Part shown: positions 58,176 through 64,000 of the stretch, piece after piece
Layout of the letters: every line of letters begins with the position of its first letter
Position numbering within the stretch: position 1 is the first letter of the stretch
DNA from: Desulfobacteraceae bacterium UBA2245
GTDB taxonomy: Bacteria > Desulfobacterota > Desulfobacteria > Desulfobacterales > UBA2245
Direction of reading: 5' to 3'
DNA length: 64,000 nt
Assembly: GCA_002347265.1 (NCBI GenBank)
Contig: DDYB01000013.1
Span: 207,359-271,358, forward strand
Program-made: the position numbers and the translations under genes
Notes under the pieces: generated by a model
Told to the model about the DNA's origin: nothing
The model's database searches: none
The model's input: the letters and a program-made list of their open reading frames with translations, nothing else

Positions 58176-58924
58176 CTCGCAGAAAACGGGTTCAAAGGCG
58201 AACATTTCCAGAAGTTGAGAACATAGCACGCATCCTTTCGGAATGCTACGGGGATCACGCGCACAACAACAAAATGAACCCGTTGAACGAATTGCTATTT
58301 ATTGTTTGTAGCGTGCAAACGAACGAGAGACTTTACCAGTCCACATATTCGAGCCTGAAAGCAAAATTCCCCAGTTTTCGCCAACTCGCTGATGCGGAAG
58401 AAGATGAGATTGCCCCTATCATCGCTCACGGTGGACTTGCACGCCAAAAGGCTCAAAAGCTCCGTGCAATTCTGGCCCGCGTGGAGGCCGATTTCGGGAG
58501 ACCAACGCTTTCACCATTGCGGAAAATGGGCGATGCTGAATGCGAAAGGTATCTGGTGTCCCTGCCCGGTATCGGGAAAAAAACAGCCCGTTGCGTGATG
58601 ATGTATTCGCTGGGCCGTGACGTATTCCCCGTCGATTCGAACTGCTGGCGCATTTGTCGAAGGATAGGATGGGTACGGGCAACTCGCCCAGACCGATCGT
58701 GCTCGCCGCGAGACATGGATCGTGTTCAAGCGGGGATCCCGCCAAAGCTTCGATTCAGCTTGCATGTGAATTTTATATCTCACGGTCGTGCATGTTGCCT
58801 GCCTTCAGCAGCGCTTTGTGACGAATGCTTGATTTGGCAGTTCTGTAAAACGGGAAGCCGTCGGATGGCGTCTAGTAGGGTTCTTGGGGACATCCTATAT
58901 CCTCTCTGTCAACACAATTTTTAA
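58172..58924 (+). CDS. endonuclease III-family HhH-GPD DNA glycosylase with [4Fe-4S] cluster loop
   Basis: ATG 58172 overlaps the MTase stop (ATGA). HhH is LVSLPGIGKKTARCV and the Asp region is FPVDSNCWRICRRIGW. The C-terminal CLPSAALCDECLIWQFC has C-x6-C-x2-C-x5-C spacing. Confidence 0.8.
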   Translation: MTRRKRVQRRTFPEVENIARILSECYGDHAHNNKMNPLNELLFIVCSVQTNERLYQSTYSSLKAKFPSFRQLADAEEDEIAPIIAHGGLARQKAQKLRAILARVEADFGRPTLSPLRKMGDAECERYLVSLPGIGKKTARCVMMYSLGRDVFPVDSNCWRICRRIGWVRATRPDRSCSPRDMDRVQAGIPPKLRFSLHVNFISHGRACCLPSAALCDECLIWQFCKTGSRRMASSRVLGDILYPLCQHNF

Positions 58925-59238
58925 AAATAAAAAAGGAATTAAAATTCAATAAGATATAAATTGACGCGATTTTCGGGCGCACCTCTCCCGTTGTTTTCCG
59001 GCGACGATTCGACGAGTCTCTCGTAAAAAGGAACCCCGCGCCTGATCGTTACGTTGATCCGGCATATTCTCTGAAGCAGCGGAATCACCCATCATCCCTT
59101 ATCCAGGCTACAAGGTTCAACGAGAGGCCCGGATATTGTCCCTCCCGAGGTCTGATGCCTCAACGTGCATAGTCGGGCTCTCTCGTCGAAACTGCCGCAC
59201 TGTGCGAAACCTCGGCGATGTTATTTGCCGCCGACGGG

Positions 59239-60231
59239 TTATTCGATCTTCAGCAGATCCGGGTTAAACTCTTGCGCCTTTTTCATCATGGTCCAGGCGA
59301 TCACCAGCATCTTTGCGCTCAGCTTAACCCGCATCTTTGTGCGAATGCCTTTCTCTTTTTCCCGGCCTCTGAGTAGATTCTCAAAATAGGTCATGAACCG
59401 AGTATTTTTCGAAGAAGCGATCAGACCGGCCTGATACAGCCCGTAGCGCAGGTCCGACTTTCCCCGTTTGGAGATAACGGCTACAGCGGACTGACTCTTC
59501 TTTCCGCTTCGAACGGCATTCAGATCCAGACCGGCCAGCCTTATTACCTGAGAAGCGTTTTCAAACCGGTTCGGATCGCCGATCGACGCCAGCGCCAGCG
59601 CTGAAATGTAGGGACCAAATCCGGGAATGGTCATCAACAGTTGGTAATGCTCAAAACCAAGACAGATCTCGTGAATCCTGCGTTCGATCTGATTGATGCG
59701 CGCCCGGATCTTTTCCAGATCATCGACCAGTATCTCGGCTTCAAGCTCGGCGGACGTCCCCAGGCGGCACCCCACGGAATGCGCCGCTGTTTCCCACACC
59801 CCGCGCAGCCGATTGCGTTGTTTCAGACCGCGGTTTTTACTGGCAACCATCCTGACGAAGGCGTCAAACTTCAGCTCTCGGATTTTAATCGGAGGCAGGC
59901 ACCATCGCACAATGGCCAGGTTCTCAGCTTCAGATTTGTTCCAAAACCGGTCCAGCTCGGGAAAGTATTGCGCCACCAGGTTGTTGCGAATTCGAATCCG
60001 TTGACCGTGCTCCTGCTTTTTCAGCCGTTTTCGAAGCAAAAGCAGATTGCGCACGTCTCTGAGGCCTTGCTGTGGAGGATCGTAGAAATGGCATTTACCC
60101 TGCGAAATCAAATCCGCCACGTTGGCCGAATCCTTGGTGTCGTTCTTGTCCCACCGGCCGTCTATAAGAGATCGATTCTTCTTGATGGCGTCGTTGGTCA
60201 CGTCGGCTATGGAGGGCATCTTCAAAGACAA
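59239..60231 (-). mobile_element. IS110 family transposase gene, 5'-truncated remnant
   Basis: The C-terminal Transposase_20-type region is LLMTIPGFGPYISALALASIGDPNRFENASQVIRLAGLDLNAVRSGK. The ORF begins at the KNDTKDSANVADLI (KTDxxDA) segment, so the first DEDD motifs (GIDxxK etc.) are missing. An in-frame TGA lies immediately upstream (60232-60234). Confidence 0.8.
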
Positions 60232-60303
60232 TCAGGGCGGCTGCAAGGACGAATTTTTAACTCTGATATCCGGGGGGCAGCTTCAATAGCAAGCGGGTGA
60301 TTT

Positions 60304-61086
60304 TTGAAAAACCCCAGCAAGAAAAACGATCTATTCTTTAAGCTTTTGTTCGCTATCAAAAAGACCGATCCGTTGTTGATCGATCGTTTTAAGCGGTTCG
60401 AGAGCATCGACAATCAAACCCGTTTCGCTTTGGATGAGGCCGCTTTGCAAAAGCGATACTGGAGTTTGAAGCTGGCTCAAAACTGTCGCTTTGAACGCGG
60501 TTTGGACTTGTTTGCCGGTGTGGGATACTCGGGGCATATCTATTCCACCTGCTGTGAAAAGGTTGTCGCCATCGAGAGCGACAAAGCGGCATTTGAGTGC
60601 CTGGAACGGAACCTGGGAATCCATTCGAATGTCGAATTAATTCATGGCGACAATCTGGATTTTTTGGCGGGGTACTCGGGACCGAAATTCCAACTCGTGG
60701 ATGTTGATCCCTTCGGGACGCCTCATATGCAACTGGAACATCTCGATAAAATCTTTGACGCGGGGGTTGTCGCGATCACTTCCGGGTCGATAATGGCTGT
60801 CTCCAGGGGGCTTGTCAACAGCGCGGCACACATACCTGGAAGCGATCTGAAAAAATACAGGGGGATAAACGCCGTCACTTGGGCGAAAAGCGTCTATCTG
60901 CCTTTCCTTTGTGAAACATACCGATTAAGGCTGGAAGCGTTTTACCTTTATCCTTCGAGTTTGCGGGCAATTTTTACCCGAGACTATTTTTTGCCGCCGG
61001 GCTGCTTTCCAGGCGAGACTCATTTGGGCTGGTTCAGGGGGGTAAAATACTTAACGTTTATATCGCGAGCCCGTACAGGGTGCTGA
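60304..61086 (+). CDS. class I SAM-dependent methyltransferase, Trm1-like (DPFG motif)
   Basis: SAM motif LDLFAGVGYSG and catalytic-type motif LVDVDPFGTP, compared from memory with Trm1 IDLDPFGSP. Start uncertain. Confidence 0.55.
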   Translation: MKNPSKKNDLFFKLLFAIKKTDPLLIDRFKRFESIDNQTRFALDEAALQKRYWSLKLAQNCRFERGLDLFAGVGYSGHIYSTCCEKVVAIESDKAAFECLERNLGIHSNVELIHGDNLDFLAGYSGPKFQLVDVDPFGTPHMQLEHLDKIFDAGVVAITSGSIMAVSRGLVNSAAHIPGSDLKKYRGINAVTWAKSVYLPFLCETYRLRLEAFYLYPSSLRAIFTRDYFLPPGCFPGETHLGWFRGVKYLTFISRARTGC

Positions 61087-61372
61087 ATAAAACGTTCGGG
61101 CACAAATCGATACGGCGGATGAGCTTACTTTACCGGGCATACTCCACGTTGGCCGGTGGCGTCGCATTTTGGGCATCAGGCTCATTCCCATGACCATAAA
61201 TTTTAAATGGCATTGGGCTTGAAAGGAGCCGCTTGATGCGATAGATTGCCTGATTTGTTGGTTACGGTCCAAGGGGTACAGCACGCTTTAAGGCTTGGCA
61301 TCCCTTTGTTTTTTCTATCAAAAATCTTTTAATCAACCTGTCTCCATTCGGAGGCGCTCGGAAAGGGATGCA

Positions 61373-61612
61373 ATGAACTGCAAATCTATAGCGGTCATCT
61401 CACTGATGGTTTTATCGCTGCTGTTTTCTGGCTGCGCTTCTCTCACCTATCAAACTGCCGATGGGTCGAAAGTGAGATACATACGGATACTAACTGGATC
61501 GGACTGCATCAAAGGGCAGATGCCTGGAGCTGCAATCGAGGTTGCGGGGCAGCAGGCTATCGACCCAGCGGCGCTTGAGGCTGCGGGCCAAGCCTTAAAA
61601 CTGGCGAAATGA
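61373..61612 (+). CDS. small lipoprotein
   Basis: MNCKSIAVISLMVLSLLFSGCAS has a signal peptide and lipobox. Track start 61295 trimmed to ATG 61373. Confidence 0.5.
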   Translation: MNCKSIAVISLMVLSLLFSGCASLTYQTADGSKVRYIRILTGSDCIKGQMPGAAIEVAGQQAIDPAALEAAGQALKLAK

Positions 61613-61690
61613 CCGCAAGCGCAACGATCATCTGCGCTCTACAGCCTTGTTGCGGGGCTTGACGGGAAGACGGACCGGGAAAAACTGGAA

Positions 61691-62131
61691 ATGGTGAACC
61701 AGTTTTTCAATAACAAAATCCGCTATGTTCCCGACGACAAGGTTTGGGGCGTTCCGGAATACTGGGCAACTCCGGGTGAGTTAATCGCTTGCGGCGCTGG
61801 CGACTGCGAAGACTCGGCCATTGCGAAATATTTTACGCTGGTTGAATCCGGTGTTGACGAGGATTGCCTTAAGATCGTCTGCGCCCGCCTGTTGGATACA
61901 GGCCAGGCCCATATGACGTTGTTCTACCAGGACTCTTTTGTCTTGGACAATTTAATCGGCAAGATTTTAACGACGGAGGAACGAAGCGACCTGTTGCCGG
62001 TGTTGGGGTTCAATCGCCGGGGGGTGTGGCTATTCACGCAGGGGGAGCCAAAAATGCTGACGCGGCACCCCAGCAAGCTGAAGCGATGGCGCAAGTTGCT
62101 GGCGCGGATCAAACAGGAGCGCGATGGATAG
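61691..62131 (+). CDS. transglutaminase-like cysteine peptidase (BTLCP / LapG-like, COG3672), lacking its own signal peptide
   Basis: VNQFFNNKIRYVPDDKVWGVPEYWATPGELIACGAGDCEDSAIAKYF (Cys), QAHMTLF (His) and VLDNL (Asp). The homology continues upstream of the ATG in the same frame as far as a TGA at 61610. Confidence 0.65.
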   Translation: MVNQFFNNKIRYVPDDKVWGVPEYWATPGELIACGAGDCEDSAIAKYFTLVESGVDEDCLKIVCARLLDTGQAHMTLFYQDSFVLDNLIGKILTTEERSDLLPVLGFNRRGVWLFTQGEPKMLTRHPSKLKRWRKLLARIKQERDG

Positions 62132-62146
62132 GTGCTCAGGCATCTT

Positions 62147-63245
62147 GGGGACGTCCTTAACTATCTAAATAACTTGAACGATTCCCCTGTCTGTGATATT
62201 TGAAAACCTATGCCGAGATCAGCCAGATTAGATGCGCCCGGAATTCTGCACCACGTGATAATCCGCGGAATTGAACGACAGGACATTTTCCGGAATAAAG
62301 CGGACAGGGAAGATTTTGTCGACCGGTTGTCAAAGCTTGTCCCCGAAACCCGTACGAGCTGTTATGCATGGGTTTTGATGTCCAATCACGCCCATTTTCT
62401 GTTTCGCTCCGGTCCTTGCGGTCTTGCCGAACTCATGCGGCGGCTTTTGACCGGATATGCGGTCGGTTTCAACCACCGTCACAAACGCCACGGGCAGTTG
62501 TTTCAGAACCGGTACAAATCCATTATCTGCCAGGAAGACGCCTACCTCAAGGAACTTGTGCGCTATATTCACTTAAATCCGCTCAGGGCCAATATGGTTA
62601 AAGACTTTGAAGCGCTCAACCGCTATGCTTTCAGCGGCCACAGACTGCTGGCGGGAAAGGCCGAGTGCAGCTGGCAGGATGGCGGCTATGTGCACGGATA
62701 CTTTGGCGAAAGCTCGGCCATTGCTTCTAAACAATACCTTGCCTATGTGAAGGTCGGAATTGCCCTTGGCCGGCGGCCGGAACTGGTCGGCGGCGGTTTG
62801 ATCCGCAGCCTGGGCGGTTGGACTGAAGTGAAAAACATGCGGCTGAAGGGGATGGACCGGATCAAGGGCGATGAACGGATACTTGGCGATTCGGATTTTG
62901 CGCTTTCAGTGCTGTCCTGTGCGAAGGAGCGGTTTGAGCGCAGCTATCAACTCAAACGGCTTGGATACGATGTTGACCGCGTCGCCGAAAAAGTCGCTGC
63001 CATTTATGAAATCGATCCGGATGAAATATTTCAAAAAGGCCGCCGGAAAACCCGCGCAAACGCCCGGGGTCTTTTTTGTTACTGGTGTTCAAGCGAACTG
63101 GGCATGTCTCTGACCGAACTTGCAAGGAAGCTTGAAATGACCGTTTCGGGCGCCGGCTATGCCGCCAGAAGAGGCGAAGCGCTTGCAAAACGCCACCAAT
63201 ACAGCTTAACAAAATAATCTATTTAGTTACTTAAGGACGTCCCGC
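62147..63245 (+). mobile_element. RAYT/IS200-like unit bounded by ~25-bp imperfect inverted repeats
   Basis: The left repeat is GGGACGTCCTTAACTATCTAAATAA (62148-62172). The reverse complement of the right repeat (63219-63243) is GGGACGTCCTTAAGTAACTAAATAG. They match at 22 of 25 positions and bracket the transposase ORF. Confidence 0.6.
62210..63217 (+). CDS. REP-associated tyrosine transposase (IS200/Y1 HUH family) with C-terminal DnaA-C-like HTH
   Basis: HHVIIRGIERQDIF, HUH motif LMSNHAHFLF, catalytic Tyr region LVRYIHLNPLRANMV. The C-terminal GMSLTELARKLEMTVSGAGYAARRGE is HTH-like. Confidence 0.8.
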   Translation: MPRSARLDAPGILHHVIIRGIERQDIFRNKADREDFVDRLSKLVPETRTSCYAWVLMSNHAHFLFRSGPCGLAELMRRLLTGYAVGFNHRHKRHGQLFQNRYKSIICQEDAYLKELVRYIHLNPLRANMVKDFEALNRYAFSGHRLLAGKAECSWQDGGYVHGYFGESSAIASKQYLAYVKVGIALGRRPELVGGGLIRSLGGWTEVKNMRLKGMDRIKGDERILGDSDFALSVLSCAKERFERSYQLKRLGYDVDRVAEKVAAIYEIDPDEIFQKGRRKTRANARGLFCYWCSSELGMSLTELARKLEMTVSGAGYAARRGEALAKRHQYSLTK

Positions 63246-63263
63246 ACTTTGAGGAGATACAGC

Positions 63264-63833
63264 ATGACAAAACAAGTGATCATTGCATTGGGAAGCCCCC
63301 GCAAAAACGGAAATTGCGCCATCCTGACCGAACAGGCGGTTGCCGGCGTGCGCGCCTGCGGCGCCAGGGCGGAGACGATCTATCTGCATGGACTGACCAT
63401 GGAGCCATGCAATGCCTGTGAATCCTGTCAGACGAAAGCCGAAACAGATTGCATGATCGATGATGAGTTGACCGCCCTTCTGCCCCGATTGCGCCGGGCT
63501 GACGCGCTTCTGATTGCAAGCCCGGTGTATTGGTTCACCTTCACAGCCCAGACCAAGCTGTTCCTTGATCGGGCGTTTTTTGCACTGAACGGCCCCCAGG
63601 GCCATGCATTGAAAGGGAAACCGATCGGGTTGATTATGGCCTTTGGCGATGCAGACCCCTTCACCTCAGGGGCCGTCAATGCCTTGCGCGCCTTTCAGGA
63701 TATCTGCCGCTTCATCGAGGCTCCCGTCGCGGGCATGGTTTATGGGAGCGCGTTCGGTGCGGGAGATATTCAGAAGCAACCGGATCTGCTTCAGGAGTCA
63801 CATCAACTGGGCCGGAAACTCGGCTCCGGTTAA
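63264..63833 (+). CDS. flavodoxin-like fold NAD(P)H-dependent FMN reductase / iron-sulfur flavoprotein-like
   Basis: VIIALGSPRKNGN, CNACESC, LLIASPVYWFTFTAQTKLFLDR. GAGGAG RBS before ATG 63264. Confidence 0.8.
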   Translation: MTKQVIIALGSPRKNGNCAILTEQAVAGVRACGARAETIYLHGLTMEPCNACESCQTKAETDCMIDDELTALLPRLRRADALLIASPVYWFTFTAQTKLFLDRAFFALNGPQGHALKGKPIGLIMAFGDADPFTSGAVNALRAFQDICRFIEAPVAGMVYGSAFGAGDIQKQPDLLQESHQLGRKLGSG

Positions 63834-64000
63834 GAGATTAAAATTATTGTCAGATCGTGTATGGCAAACAATTTGACTCTTTTGGTGTTGGCAGGAAATA
63901 AAAATTGAAAAGCACCGATACTCCCTTGTATCAATCGAGACCCACCAGGAAAAGCATCGGCAATGAGTATTGTATTTACAGCGACAGAATTGAGCTGGGA

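Noticed and set aside
61610-61612. In-frame TGA between the lipoprotein and the peptidase as a selenocysteine codon
   Set aside because: I could not see a convincing SECIS-like hairpin immediately downstream. The position is not a catalytic Cys equivalent of the BTLCP family.

Overview
This is a 64-kb chromosomal segment from a moderately high-GC bacterium. The protein content suggests a Desulfobacterota/deltaproteobacterial anaerobe, but that is inference only. No database search was possible; every call rests on reading the ORF-track proteins and the DNA by eye. The ORF track uses alternative start codons, so many starts are over-extended. Where an obvious ATG/GTG/TTG with an RBS exists I give the trimmed start. 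Positions 1-45.2 kb are ordinary core genome: ispD, sufC/sufBD, RNase P RNA, nif3, tRNA-Met, dnaG-rpoD, hisA/hisB, tRNA-Ala, a dynamin-like GTPase, glycerate kinase, ccsA/resB, tex, dtd, PBP4, folE2, rpoZ, greA, asd, psd, tsaB, lon, pilD, carbamate kinase, tcdA, tatD, rhomboid, yihY and a tartrate/isopropylmalate-type dehydrogenase. From about 45.2 kb to the right edge the window is an accessory mosaic. It holds a truncated integron-type integrase with a cluster of strong hairpins. It also holds a MITE-like repeat that recurs at 13.8 kb and partly at 41.5 kb, a 5'-truncated IS110 transposase, an orphan Trm1-like methyltransferase, a disrupted LapG-like peptidase and a RAYT/IS200-like gene with 25-bp inverted repeats. 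The centrepiece is a seven-gene, translationally coupled operon at 47.3-58.9 kb. Its core is a DEAH helicase, a separate DUF1998 protein and a C5-cytosine methyltransferase, which matches DISARM class 2 (DrmA/DrmB/DrmMII). The partner genes are non-canonical: two motif-less proteins, a NERD-nuclease/UvrD-like helicase fusion, and an endonuclease III-family [4Fe-4S] glycosylase overlapping the methyltransferase stop codon. This is my best candidate for an undescribed or variant defence system. Smaller oddities are an HMA (CopZ-like) gene with an in-frame TAG, an HPr domain fused to a ~340-aa unknown domain inside the suf/ispD gene string, and a small Cys-rich unannotated ORF.
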